A DNA stretch of 64,000 nt from an uncultured Rhodothermales bacterium (GCA_964608315.1 CAZSNF010000007.1:5508-69507), one strand, 5' to 3'. Positions 1 to 13,052 are shown, counted from the stretch's first letter. The notes: generated by a model not told the origin, from the letters alone. Translations and numbers: made by a program.

Positions 1-752
1 TTGCGCGCGCGGAGCGGGCCGCGGGCGCCGTGCAGCCGCTTGCGATCGAACATCTTCCCGAAAGCATTCGCAACCGATTCCTGTCCAAGACAGGCGAACT
101 GGGAGGCTTCGTGATGATCTATCCTGCGGTGGGGCTTGCCGACGGGCGGGCCTCCATGGCTTTCGCCGACGACGTGGGAAAGATCGTTACGGAAGACGGG
201 AGTACGTACTACGCGGGTTCTCCGTCCATCGTGGCGGCGGACATGCTCCGGCTTATGCGCCGCGACGCTCCCTGGATGATGGCGGGCGCGCTGCTGATGG
301 TGATCCTGCTCATGTGGATCAATTTTCGTTCGGCGCGGTGGGTCGCGCTGGCTACGGCGCCGCTGGCGGTGGGCGTTTTATGGATGCTTCTGGTGATGGA
401 AGTCGCGGGTCTCCAGCTCAATTTCTATAACATGATCGTGCTTCCCGCCATTCTGGGCATCGGCAACGATGCGGGCGTACACCTGGTCCATCGCTACCGG
501 GAGGAAGGGCCCGGCTCCCTCCGTCATGTGCTTCGGTACACGGGCGAGCATATCGCCATGGGATCCTTCACCACCATGATCGGATTTGCGGGGTTGCTGC
601 TCAGTTTTCACCCCGGATTGCATTCGATCGGGCAGTTAGCCGTGGTGGGCATCGGCGCCACGCTGCTCGCCGCGCTGTTCTTTTTGCCTGCGGCGTTGCA
701 ATGGCTGGAAGACCGCCAGGCTTCCGCTGCGGTCGATACGGGTGCGTCGTAG
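1..752 (+). CDS. RND/MMPL-family membrane transporter, C-terminal part (gene begins upstream of the window)
   Basis: The frame is open from nt 3 with no stop before the listed start at 30. Several hydrophobic TM stretches (LLMVILLMWINF, VGVLWMLLVMEV, MIVLPAILGIGNDAGVHL, GFAGLLLSF, GIGATLLAALFFLPAAL) are typical of the second TM bundle of MMPL/RND exporters. Stop TAG at 750-752. Confidence 0.65.
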   Translation, partial: ARAERAAGAVQPLAIEHLPESIRNRFLSKTGELGGFVMIYPAVGLADGRASMAFADDVGKIVTEDGSTYYAGSPSIVAADMLRLMRRDAPWMMAGALLMVILLMWINFRSARWVALATAPLAVGVLWMLLVMEVAGLQLNFYNMIVLPAILGIGNDAGVHLVHRYREEGPGSLRHVLRYTGEHIAMGSFTTMIGFAGLLLSFHPGLHSIGQLAVVGIGATLLAALFFLPAALQWLEDRQASAAVDTGAS

Positions 753-908
753 AGGGGAGGGGGTAGTGGGTTTTGCAGTATGTGTCAATAAATAATGGAC
801 AGATTGGCTTCGTACAACCAGATGGTTGGCGGCCCTCGCCATAGGTATGGACCAGAAACGCCTCAAGTACAAAGACCTGACTTCGTGATCTCTGTGATCA
901 GACAGTCT

Positions 909-1198
909 TCAATTTTTACGTAAACCCTTACCCTTAATGAGTTTAAGCCGGATCATATCTTCTGTAGTCCAGCCAATTTGATCAAGTAACCCCTTGATTA
1001 TACGAGGCCCCTTGGTATTCTTCGGGTGTATATGCAAAACCACTCTGTTGTTCCCCCGGGCCTGTTTGGATGGCGATATGCCTGTGTAGCGCCGCGGCTT
1101 GGTTCGCGCTCCCACCCATCTTTTTCGAGCGCCTTAATGATTTCTTGTACGGTCTTGTTCTTGAGTTGTCGCCATACGTTTGGCGGATACGTACTCAT
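909..1198 (-). pseudogene. hicA: HicA-family toxin (mRNA interferase) interrupted by a frameshift
   Basis: The N-terminal HicA-like part (KTVQEIIKALEKDGW...YRHPNRPGG) lies in ORF 998-1198. The expected C-terminal part (NRVVLHIHPKNTKGPRIIKGLLDQIGW) lies in ORF 909-1115, in another frame. The switch maps to the C5G3 run at 1053-1060. Confidence 0.7.
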
Positions 1199-1503
1199 GC
1201 GTATACAAGGTTTTCGAGGTTTATGTCCATGTTTTGGAGTTCCTGGACAGACCCCTTGGCCCTTGGGACAGGGGCGGACCAGTGCGGCTCCGCTTCCTCT
1301 GGAACTACGATAGCAGGCGGTATGGAGTCGCCATGCTTCACACTCATTTCCAGGTATGCCTCAAGGGACTCGCGCATAGCAGGGATGATCTCCGCCTCCG
1401 TCTCGCAGTAAATGAAGATGCCCTTGATGTCGGGGCAGTGGGCATAAAACCCATCGTCCCTTCTCTCTACTCGGAAGTGGGCTCTGATTCGTAAGGGTTG
1501 CAT
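1195..1503 (-). CDS. hicB: HicB-family antitoxin
   Basis: ORF 1195-1560, with probable start ATG at 1503 (MQPLRIRAHFRVERRDDGFYAHCPDIKGIFIYCETEAEIIPAMRESLEAYLE, HicB/UPF0150-like). Its TGA overlaps the hicA ATG (ATGA at 1195-1198). Confidence 0.7.
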   Translation of the reverse strand: MQPLRIRAHFRVERRDDGFYAHCPDIKGIFIYCETEAEIIPAMRESLEAYLEMSVKHGDSIPPAIVVPEEAEPHWSAPVPRAKGSVQELQNMDINLENLVYA

Positions 1504-1550
1504 GTCATTGAGCCTGGTATTAGAGTGACTTGCCGAGGGATGGAGTCCAG

Positions 1551-1572
1551 TTATCCACACGGGTTATCCACA
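1551..1572 (+). promoter_or_regulatory. Two perfect tandem DnaA-box consensus 9-mers (TTATCCACA) within a 13-nt tandem repeat
   Basis: TTATCCACA at 1551-1559 and 1564-1572 (units TTATCCACACGGG and TTATCCACACGCG), about 50 nt upstream of the hicB start. Followed by an AT-rich stretch and a 7/9 box CAATCCACA at 1728-1736. Confidence 0.45.
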
Positions 1573-2047
1573 CGCGCCCCCGTTGCGCCGTAATGATACG
1601 CCATGCTTGCCAAAAAGTCAATATGCCATTTAATACTGGAGGGAAATAAATATGCAATAACGGATATTTAATCATATACCGGGCTTCTTATGGGTCTAAA
1701 CAATAACAGTTGTAGAATTAAAATTCACAATCCACATCCTTGAAGGGGCGTTTGGCTTGCATCCTCGTTCTCGCGTCCGTACATTCCGTTTTCCCTCCTG
1801 CCCCCCGATTCCATGAATCCCCGTCTTTTGCGCTTCGGCGCGTTCTTCGCGAGTCTGTGCCCCCTGTCGGCCTATCCAGCGGAGTTGCAGGCATATGCCG
1901 CTAGCGGAGAGACAGGAGTGTTCGGTTCAGGCATGCGGGGCTGTTGCGGGTGTGTACGTCCCGGAACGGTATCGTCGTCACTGACTTGCTTCTCTCCTCG
2001 CATGGCATATTTTATTTCAGAGCACTACCTGCAAGGGAGTAAACGCC

Positions 2048-2170
2048 ATGGCTGACAAGCACAAGAAGAAGCGTAAGCGTGGTCGCCCGGAGACCCGCGT
2101 ACTGAAGATCGACGCAACGCCGGAGTACTTGGCGAAGCCCCTCGTTACACCTATCAAGAAACCCAAGTAA
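2048..2170 (+). CDS. Small basic protein, 40 aa (MADKHKKKRKRGRPETRVLKIDATPEYLAKPLVTPIKKPK), function unknown
   Basis: ATG at 2048 preceded by GGGAG 8 nt upstream. Codon usage looks coding-like. Below the 60-aa cutoff of the ORF track. Lys/Arg-rich N-terminus. Confidence 0.35.
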   Translation: MADKHKKKRKRGRPETRVLKIDATPEYLAKPLVTPIKKPK

Positions 2171-2275
2171 CCCGAAAATGGTTGCTTTTCAACCTAATCC
2201 CCAAACGAGTGATATGAAATGACACCTTCTGGCGGAAATATTTTCTCCATTTCGCGGTTTAAGGAGCATTTTGCA

Positions 2276-2728
2276 ATGCAAAAAAAGTCGCAAATCACCG
2301 GATTTCTGTTAACTTTGTTATTGGGACCGTTTGGTTTGTTTTATTCAAGTCCTCCGGCAGCTCTTGGCCTCATACTTTTTGCTATTGCTACATTTTTACT
2401 TACTGAACAGGCTACAGTATTGTTAGCCGCTTGGCCGGTATCAATCCTGATTGGAATTTGGACTGTAGCAAAGCGTCAAGGAGACGCGCCCTCTTTCATT
2501 ATGGATCACAAAATTGATCAAAGGCAGAGCATATCAATCCATGATAATAACGTGTCGCACGTTGGCGGGCATCCGGTTGTAGTTGAAAAAACAGAAAATA
2601 ATACTGACAAAGATAAGAATTTATCAGTTTCTGGCGTCAAGATACTTCGACACCCGGCTGGGCAAATTATAAAGATTGAAGGACAACGGATGGGCATTAT
2701 CGATTTGGGAGCAGATTTGAGCTCATAA
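2276..2728 (+). CDS. Small membrane protein (2-3 TM helices, TM2-like GxxGxxY segment), function unknown
   Basis: AAGGAG at 2261-2266 sits 9 nt upstream of ATG 2276. Sequence MQKKSQITGFLLTLLLGPFGLFY... followed by hydrophobic helices. Low GC relative to neighbours. Ends at TAA 2726-2728. Confidence 0.55.
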   Translation: MQKKSQITGFLLTLLLGPFGLFYSSPPAALGLILFAIATFLLTEQATVLLAAWPVSILIGIWTVAKRQGDAPSFIMDHKIDQRQSISIHDNNVSHVGGHPVVVEKTENNTDKDKNLSVSGVKILRHPAGQIIKIEGQRMGIIDLGADLSS

Positions 2729-2806
2729 CTTAGATCCCATATTGATAAAAACATACTTACACACGGAAAACCTTTTGAATCTGGCGGTGTTCTATCGTCA
2801 GATTTT

Positions 2807-3814
2807 TTGTTGGGAATTGCAGGCGCAAGTTCGACTGCTGCTTCCGCATTGGCTGCAGGAAATATTTTCTTCTCCACTGCTGCCCCTGGTGCCTTGTCCA
2901 CGATGACGACATCAGCTGGTCTCACTGGCTATAACACTATGGTGCACACTGCTAGTGGATTCTCTCATCATGTCCCGTTCATTGCGGCAAGCGGCGCCAT
3001 TATACCAGTGGTTGCTCCTGTCATGTTGTTCATGGTAATATCTTCAATCATGATATCGCGTCGCTTTGATCAGGTGCAAATTTCTTTGGATCACTTAGCT
3101 ACTGCAGTAGGGCAATTGCTCCGCAGAGAGATAGTAGGAGACTATGGTATGCTTCTGAGTGCCATCGAACGTATTCGAGGTATTTCTGCTGAATTCGAGG
3201 AATGCGGGCGGTTTACAAATGAAATGAAAATGCGCTTGGCGCTTGTGCAAAAGGATGTCAACGTATTGCATCACAAGTATAACATCCTTTCGAGCCCTGA
3301 CAACCGTATTGATTCCATTCTGGCCGCCAACTTGACAATTCCCGATCTGAATTTGTTTACCCTCTCGAGCGTTGCGGATATTCAGGTAGAGCGTCTCCGT
3401 TTTAAACTCGCTCTTCAGGATAATCCGGATGATGCTCATAGAAGTTTGGCCATGCTCGATTCCAAAATAGACCGGTATGCAGCATTGTTCGAAGAAGCTT
3501 TGAAGAGAGATTCGGTGAAAGAGTACAAAAAGGAATTGCAAGATTCTCTGGATGATATGAATTGGTGGCAAAGAAATATTTCTGGCAGAAAATTAACTAA
3601 AGAGAGCAAGGATAAAATTGCAACGCTTTACGATATTGGCGAGCGCCGCCTCGATACTATTCGACAACTCGCTCGTTGTTCGCAGGATATTAGGAAAGGA
3701 CGAGGTGTCGGGCATGAGCACTCGATTGTGTATTATCGGGAAAATAATGGCAAGGGAGACTTGAAAGCATATTACACGGGTGACTGGTCCCTGCAAAAAT
3801 ACTCTGACCAATAG
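2807..3814 (+). CDS. Membrane-anchored coiled-coil-like protein, function unknown; same frame as the preceding ORF
   Basis: The frame is open from 2729, directly after the upstream TAA and in the same frame. There is no ATG or RBS near the listed TTG start at 2807. TM segment IIPVVAPVMLFMVISSIMI followed by a long helical region. Low GC. Confidence 0.5.
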   Translation: MLGIAGASSTAASALAAGNIFFSTAAPGALSTMTTSAGLTGYNTMVHTASGFSHHVPFIAASGAIIPVVAPVMLFMVISSIMISRRFDQVQISLDHLATAVGQLLRREIVGDYGMLLSAIERIRGISAEFEECGRFTNEMKMRLALVQKDVNVLHHKYNILSSPDNRIDSILAANLTIPDLNLFTLSSVADIQVERLRFKLALQDNPDDAHRSLAMLDSKIDRYAALFEEALKRDSVKEYKKELQDSLDDMNWWQRNISGRKLTKESKDKIATLYDIGERRLDTIRQLARCSQDIRKGRGVGHEHSIVYYRENNGKGDLKAYYTGDWSLQKYSDQ

Positions 3815-3815
3815 A

Positions 3816-4976
3816 TCATTCGCAGCGCTGCGGGGTGGAGCAGGCCTCCAGGACGCGCAGGTATTTTTCCGCCGCTGCATTCCAGCCGAAGTGTTCCAGC
3901 ACATGGCTTACCGTACGCCGGCGGGCCGTTTCGAGCATATCCGGTTCTCGGCGATACGCCAGAATGGCTTCGCAAAAGGCCGTCGCATCCCCGGATCGGA
4001 CCAGTCGGCCGTTTCGCCCGTCCTCGACGACGTCCGCAATGCCTTCGATATTTGCGCCGACGGTGGGCAGGCCGCACAATCCCGCCTCCAGCATGACCAC
4101 GCCAAACCCTTCCATATCCCCCGGAACGGCCACATTGGGCATGACGAAGAGATCGGCGGCGCGGTACATGCCTTCCAGCTCCTTGTGGGTCAGGCGCCCG
4201 AGGAGCCGCACCCGAGACGCGACGCCAGACCGATCTGCGGCGTCGAGAATGCGTTCGGCTTCCGGCCCTTCCCCGGCCAGCCAGTAATGCACGTCCTCGG
4301 GAAGCCGGGGCAGGACCTGTTCGACGAACCAGGCGAACCCTTTTCGTTTTACCTGCCGCCCCGCGCTGCACAGAAGCAGGATATTTTCGGGACGATGTCC
4401 GTCGGCGTTTTCCGGAGGGCCGAACCGCTCGAACAGCATGGCGCGGGCCGTCGTCCGGGGCCAGTCCGACCCGAAGCGCTCCGGCGAGACCCCATTGGGC
4501 ACCACATGCAGCTTTGTTGCCGCCAGCCCGCGTTCGAGACAAGCTGCTCCCGTGGCGCGGCTGACGGGAAATACGGCGTCCAGCGCAGCGAATATGCGCG
4601 GCGCCAGCCACTGGTACGGGGCCGAAGGCAGGGTGGCGTCCCGTCCGTGTACGATGGCGGCCGAGGCGACCCCGTGCTTGCGAAGCGTTCCCTGCAAGAG
4701 CGGTGCGAGCGACGCCGTCACCATGGAGGAGAAGAGCACGGCGTCTATGTCGCCGCGCCGCGCCGCCGCAGTGATACGGAACAGGCTTGATCCCAGAAAC
4801 AGGCCCGCCCGAACATGGGTCCAGCGCCACGAGGTGCGCAGGATGACCGGTTCGATGCGTACGCCGCATTCGAGTAATGCGCGGTACAAATCCGTTGCGA
4901 CGCGCTGCATGCCCCCGATATTGGAAAGGGGGCGGTTTTTTGGGGGAAAGGAATGGGAAACGTAGAGGATGCGCAA
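3816..4976 (-). CDS. Glycosyltransferase family 4 (GT1/GT4 fold)
   Basis: 386 aa. MRILYVSHSFPP..IGGMQRV N-terminus and a C-terminal EGFGVVMLEAGLCGLPTV motif typical of GT4 enzymes. Confidence 0.85.
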   Translation of the reverse strand: MRILYVSHSFPPKNRPLSNIGGMQRVATDLYRALLECGVRIEPVILRTSWRWTHVRAGLFLGSSLFRITAAARRGDIDAVLFSSMVTASLAPLLQGTLRKHGVASAAIVHGRDATLPSAPYQWLAPRIFAALDAVFPVSRATGAACLERGLAATKLHVVPNGVSPERFGSDWPRTTARAMLFERFGPPENADGHRPENILLLCSAGRQVKRKGFAWFVEQVLPRLPEDVHYWLAGEGPEAERILDAADRSGVASRVRLLGRLTHKELEGMYRAADLFVMPNVAVPGDMEGFGVVMLEAGLCGLPTVGANIEGIADVVEDGRNGRLVRSGDATAFCEAILAYRREPDMLETARRRTVSHVLEHFGWNAAAEKYLRVLEACSTPQRCE

Positions 4977-4994
4977 GACGCTGCGGGATAGGCC

Positions 4995-6269
4995 TCAGAG
5001 CGCCCGAATGGCCTGACTGGGCGGCGCCTCGAATACATTGTCGGGGTAGCCGTCGCCTGCGTAGCCGTCCCCGGCCCAGGCGGCTTCCGGATACAGCGCT
5101 TCGTCGTAATAGCGCATCATGCGGGCCATAACTGCGTTCCAGTCGTACGCGCTCGCTCGCTTCCGGGCCGCGGCGCCCATGCGGCGTCGTTCGGGTTCGC
5201 GCAGGATCAGGCGGCGCACGGCTTGCGCAAAGGCCCGGACGTCTCCGGGAGGAATCAGCAGGCCGGTTTCGCCATGCTCCACGAGGGTGCGGCTTCCCGT
5301 GGCGTCGGCGCACACCGCAGGGAGCCCGGAAGCCATGGCTTCAAGGGTAACGTTGCCGAACGTTTCCGTATCGCTGGGAAACAGAAACACATCCGAGGAA
5401 GCGTAGGCGCGGCCCAGTTGTCCGTTTTCCAGCCGCCCGGTGAAAATGGTGCGGGGAAGCTGACGACGCAGATCGTCCAGCACAGGGCCGTCTCCCACGA
5501 TCATGCTTCGGTGCCGGACGCCCTGTTCCTCAAGGTTGCGCACGACCTCTGCAAAGATGTGTACGCCCTTTTCCCGAACGACGCGTCCGATAAAACTGAC
5601 GATCGGCGCGTCGTCCTGCACGCCTATCGAACGCCGCCATGCCTCGTCGTAGTGCGCCGGATTGAAGCGATGCGTATCGACGCCGCGCGTCCAGAGGCGT
5701 ATTCCCTTTTCGATGCCGCGGGAACGCAGCGCCTCGGCCATGGATTCCGACGGCACGTACACATGCCGACACCGGTCGTAAAAGCGCCGGAGGTATTGCC
5801 ATGACCGGGCTTCCAGCCTCCCGAAACCGTAATATCTGAGGTACGAAGAGAAATGCGTGTGATAGGAAGCCACCGCCGGGACGCCTGCTCTTTCCGCAAA
5901 GCGCAGCGCCTGATAGCCCAACAAGTCGGGCGTGGCGATGTGAAACAGATGGGGCCGGAATGTCTTGAGCAGGGACCGGGCGTTCGGCGTGAGGCCCAGC
6001 GAAAGGCGATACTCGGAGCGTTGCGGCACCGGGATCGACGGAACGGGAGCGAGGATGCCGGCATGCTCCACAGGAGGGTTCGCAATGGTCGGCGCAAAAA
6101 TCAGCGCTTCCGTATCGCGGGATTCAAGATAGGACACCAGCCGGTTCAGCGTGAGCGATACGCCGTCGGCGATGTGGTTGTATGCGCCGGTGAAAAGCGC
6201 TACCCGTCGCCGGGTGGCAGAAGCCGGGCGGATGCGTCTCCGGGGTATCGTATGCGTTTCGTATTGCAT
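4995..6269 (-). CDS. Glycosyltransferase family 4
   Basis: 424 aa. VALFTGAYNHIADGVSLTL N-terminus and ETFGNVTLEAMASGLPAV C-terminal GT4 motif. Confidence 0.85.
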   Translation of the reverse strand: MQYETHTIPRRRIRPASATRRRVALFTGAYNHIADGVSLTLNRLVSYLESRDTEALIFAPTIANPPVEHAGILAPVPSIPVPQRSEYRLSLGLTPNARSLLKTFRPHLFHIATPDLLGYQALRFAERAGVPAVASYHTHFSSYLRYYGFGRLEARSWQYLRRFYDRCRHVYVPSESMAEALRSRGIEKGIRLWTRGVDTHRFNPAHYDEAWRRSIGVQDDAPIVSFIGRVVREKGVHIFAEVVRNLEEQGVRHRSMIVGDGPVLDDLRRQLPRTIFTGRLENGQLGRAYASSDVFLFPSDTETFGNVTLEAMASGLPAVCADATGSRTLVEHGETGLLIPPGDVRAFAQAVRRLILREPERRRMGAAARKRASAYDWNAVMARMMRYYDEALYPEAAWAGDGYAGDGYPDNVFEAPPSQAIRAL

Positions 6270-6357
6270 GGAGCCTGTGTGCGCAGAACGCAGCGCGGTC
6301 GGGGCTTTGCGCCCTGAATGCCATTAAGCCGCAGGATATCCTCAAAAAGTAACGCGC

Positions 6358-9225
6358 CTATGCGAGTTGCTCCTGTAAGAACGGCGCTAAAAATTGTCCG
6401 GTATGGCTGTCCGGCATGGCGGCCAGCGCTTCGGGGGCGCCTTCGGCCACCACGAATCCGCCGCGGCGTCCGCCTTCCGGCCCCATGTCGATTACCCAAT
6501 CCGCACACTTGATTACATCCATATTGTGTTCGATGAGGATCACGGAATGGCCTTCCTCGACCAGCGCGTTCAGGGCGGCGAGGAGTTTTCGGATGTCGTC
6601 GAAATGCAGTCCCGTGGTGGGTTCGTCCAGCATGTACAAGACGCGGTCCCGGGAGGGTTTCCCAAGGAAGGAAGCCAGTTTCAGCCGCTGCGATTCGCCG
6701 CCCGAAAGCGTGTTGGAAGGCTGGCCGAGGGTCAAGTATCCCAGACCGATATCCTGCAGCACCTGAAGTTTGCTCCGGATGGGAGCATGGTCCGCAAAGA
6801 ATTCGCTCGCCTCGTCGATGGTCATCCGGAGAATCTCGTCCACCTGTTTTCCCCGATACCGGATTTCGAGGGTTTCCTTTTTGTATCGGCTCCCCCGGCA
6901 TGCCTGGCATTCCAGATACAAATCCGCAAGGAATTGCATTTCGACCTTCACGATGCCTTCGCCCTGGCAGGTTTCGCACCGTCCGCCGGGCACGTTGAAC
7001 GAAAAATACCCGGGTTTCAAACCCTGGATGCGGGCCTGGCGCGTTCCGGCCAGCGCTTCCCGCACATGATTGAAAATTTTCGTGTAGGTGGCGGGGTTGG
7101 AGCGGGGGGATTTTCCGACAGGGCGCTGATCCACCATTTCGATGCGGTCCACGAGTTGATGTCCGCGAATCAGGTCGTGCGCGCCCACGCTGCCTTCGAC
7201 CCGGTAGCCTTTCAGGCGCATCAGGCCATTGTACAGCGTCTGGTGCACCAGCGTCGATTTGCCGGAGCCGCTGACGCCGGTCACGCAAACGATCGCATTC
7301 AGGGGAAACCGCACGTCCAGGCGCTTCAGGTTGTGCTGCCGGGCATGCTCGACGTACAAGGCATGGTCGTCCCGGACCGGGCGCCGCGTTGCGGGCACGG
7401 GAATCTGTTTCCGTCCGCTCAGGTAGGCTCCGGTCAGGGAGCGCTCGTCCCGCAGCAGTTCGTCGTAACTGCCCTGAAACACGACTTCGCCGCCGCGCCG
7501 CCCCGCGCCGGGGCCAAGGTCCACAACCTGATCCGCCCGCTCCATCATGGCCGCCTCGTGCTCCACGACCAGCACGGTATTTCCGATGTCGCGCAGATTT
7601 TCGAGGATGCGTATCAGCCGATCATTGTCCCGGGGATGCAGCCCGACGGAAGGCTCGTCGAGCACGTAAAGCGAACCGACCAGCGACGACCCGAGCGAGG
7701 TCGAAAGGTGGATGCGCTGGCTTTCGCCGCCTGAAAGCGTTTGCGAGAGGCGGTCCAGCGAGAGATAATCGAGGCCTACATCGACCAGGTACGTTAGCCG
7801 CTTGCGAATTTCCTCCAGTATGCGTCCGGCGATCTGTTCCTCGTGGTCGGAGAGGGTCAGGTTCCTGAAGAAGTCGCGGGCGTCTTTCGTCGTCAGTTCG
7901 CAGACCTCGCCGATATGCAGCCCCCCGACGCGCACGTACTGCGCTTCCTTCCGTACGCGGTAGCCCTCGCATTCCGGACAGGGCATGTAGCCCCGAAACC
8001 GGGCATGGAATATCCGGTAGTGCATCTTGTACTTCTTGCTTTCGAGGAAGGCGAAAAAGCCCCGGACGCCGATATATTCTCCTTCTCCGTTCCAGACCAG
8101 ATCGCGCACTTCCTCCGGCAATTCCCGCCAGGGCCTGTCGATGTCGATGCGGCGCTCGGCGGCGATCCGGACCAGGTCCCGCAAATGCGCGCTCCATCGT
8201 TCCGTGCGGAAGGGCGCGATGGCGCCTTGCCGGATCGAGAGGTTCGGATCCGGGATGACGAGGTTTTCGTCCACGCCCGTGATCCGACCGAATCCCTGGC
8301 ACCCGGGACAGGCGCCCAGCGGACTGTTGAACGAGAACAACAAGGGCGACGGTTCTTCGAAACGGATCCCGTCGCGCTCGAAAAATTCGCTGAAACGCAG
8401 TGTTTCTCCCCCCCGGATATGCACGACGCAATGTCCGCTGCTTTCCCGGAAAGCCTGCTCCGCCGAATCCGAGATGCGCGACAGGTTGTCTTCGTCGTCG
8501 CGCCGCACCGCCAGCCGATCCACCAGCGCAAGCAGGCGCTCCCGAGGATGCCGGGCGGCTTTTTCAGAGGGTTCCTCGTTCAGATCCAGGATGCGTTCGG
8601 TCCCGTCGCGCTGGTTTTCGGAAGGCAGGAGCAATATCCGGAAAAATCCTCGCTGCCGCAGCGTATTCAGCTCTTGCTCGAGGGGCGTTTCCCCGTGATC
8701 GGGGACGGGAAAGCACACGTAGAACCGCGTACCGTCTTCCTCGGTCGCATGCAGTTGCTCGGCTACGGATCGAGGCGTGTCCCGCGTGACTTCCTCGCCG
8801 CTCGCAGGCGAGATCGTGCGGCCGATCCTGGCGAAAAGGAGCCGCAGATGATCGTAGATTTCTGTTTGCGTGGCGACCGTCGAGCGGGGGTTTTTCGTCG
8901 ATGTTTTCTGCTCGATGGCGATTGCAGGGGCCAGGCCGGTGATCAGATCGACGTCCGGCTTGTCCATGCGCTCCAGGAACTGCCGGGCGTAAGCACTCAG
9001 GCTTTCGACATAGCGTCGTTGCCCCTCGGCGTAGATGGTGTCGAAAGCCAGCGACGATTTTCCCGACCCGGACAGTCCGGTGAACACGATGATTTTATTG
9101 CGCGGCAGCGCCAGGTCGACGCCTTTCAGGTTGTGTTGCCGGGCGCCGCGAAGTACGATGGGGCGCCGGGAAGAACGGAGGGGCGCGGACGTGGCTTTTG
9201 CAGGGATCGGGGAGGTAGTCGCCAT
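6358..9225 (-). CDS. uvrA: Excinuclease ABC subunit A
   Basis: ARQHNLKGVDLALPRNKIIVFTGLSGSGKSSLAFDTIYAEGQRRYVESLSAYARQFL, zinc-finger Cys pairs, and a second ABC module (GVSGSGKSTL...LSGGESQR). Probable start is ATG 9225 (MATTSP); the ORF track extends to 9288. Confidence 0.95.
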   Translation of the reverse strand: MATTSPIPAKATSAPLRSSRRPIVLRGARQHNLKGVDLALPRNKIIVFTGLSGSGKSSLAFDTIYAEGQRRYVESLSAYARQFLERMDKPDVDLITGLAPAIAIEQKTSTKNPRSTVATQTEIYDHLRLLFARIGRTISPASGEEVTRDTPRSVAEQLHATEEDGTRFYVCFPVPDHGETPLEQELNTLRQRGFFRILLLPSENQRDGTERILDLNEEPSEKAARHPRERLLALVDRLAVRRDDEDNLSRISDSAEQAFRESSGHCVVHIRGGETLRFSEFFERDGIRFEEPSPLLFSFNSPLGACPGCQGFGRITGVDENLVIPDPNLSIRQGAIAPFRTERWSAHLRDLVRIAAERRIDIDRPWRELPEEVRDLVWNGEGEYIGVRGFFAFLESKKYKMHYRIFHARFRGYMPCPECEGYRVRKEAQYVRVGGLHIGEVCELTTKDARDFFRNLTLSDHEEQIAGRILEEIRKRLTYLVDVGLDYLSLDRLSQTLSGGESQRIHLSTSLGSSLVGSLYVLDEPSVGLHPRDNDRLIRILENLRDIGNTVLVVEHEAAMMERADQVVDLGPGAGRRGGEVVFQGSYDELLRDERSLTGAYLSGRKQIPVPATRRPVRDDHALYVEHARQHNLKRLDVRFPLNAIVCVTGVSGSGKSTLVHQTLYNGLMRLKGYRVEGSVGAHDLIRGHQLVDRIEMVDQRPVGKSPRSNPATYTKIFNHVREALAGTRQARIQGLKPGYFSFNVPGGRCETCQGEGIVKVEMQFLADLYLECQACRGSRYKKETLEIRYRGKQVDEILRMTIDEASEFFADHAPIRSKLQVLQDIGLGYLTLGQPSNTLSGGESQRLKLASFLGKPSRDRVLYMLDEPTTGLHFDDIRKLLAALNALVEEGHSVILIEHNMDVIKCADWVIDMGPEGGRRGGFVVAEGAPEALAAMPDSHTGQFLAPFLQEQLA

Positions 9226-9359
9226 GCGTACGGATGCAGGCTGCGCGCGCGTTTGGGGATTGCGAAGCGATGAACAGGAAAAAATCACAAACCCCGTCTA
9301 ACGCATTCGGCGCGGACAGGATGCAGGCAACGCGCAGGAAAGGCGTGCGAAGGCGGGTT

Positions 9360-13048
<3,689 letters not shown>

Positions 13049-13052
<4 letters not shown>

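Noticed and set aside
1551-1740. Chromosomal oriC, based on the DnaA boxes plus the AT-rich tract.
   Set aside because: Only two to three boxes are present, and they arise from a 13-nt tandem duplication. No dnaA, dnaN or other origin-linked genes are adjacent, and gyrB is 45 kb away. This is reported as an oddity, not as oriC.
1813-2055. An 80-aa plus-strand ORF upstream of the small basic ORF.
   Set aside because: It has no RBS or motif and has Cys/Gly-rich odd composition. It overlaps the better-supported 40-aa ORF start.
3772-5313. A 513-aa ORF. Similar long ORFs occur at 6200-7288, 9574-10734, 14556-15932, 16049-17584, 25815-26759, 26799-28256, 61272-62474 and 62381-63886, overlapping well-supported genes on the opposite strand or in other frames.
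   Set aside because: They are Arg/Pro/Gly/Ala-rich shadow ORFs typical of GC-rich DNA and have no recognisable motifs. The overlapping frames carry clear enzyme signatures (GT4, UvrA, MetH, HipA, peptidase, FtsI, MurE).
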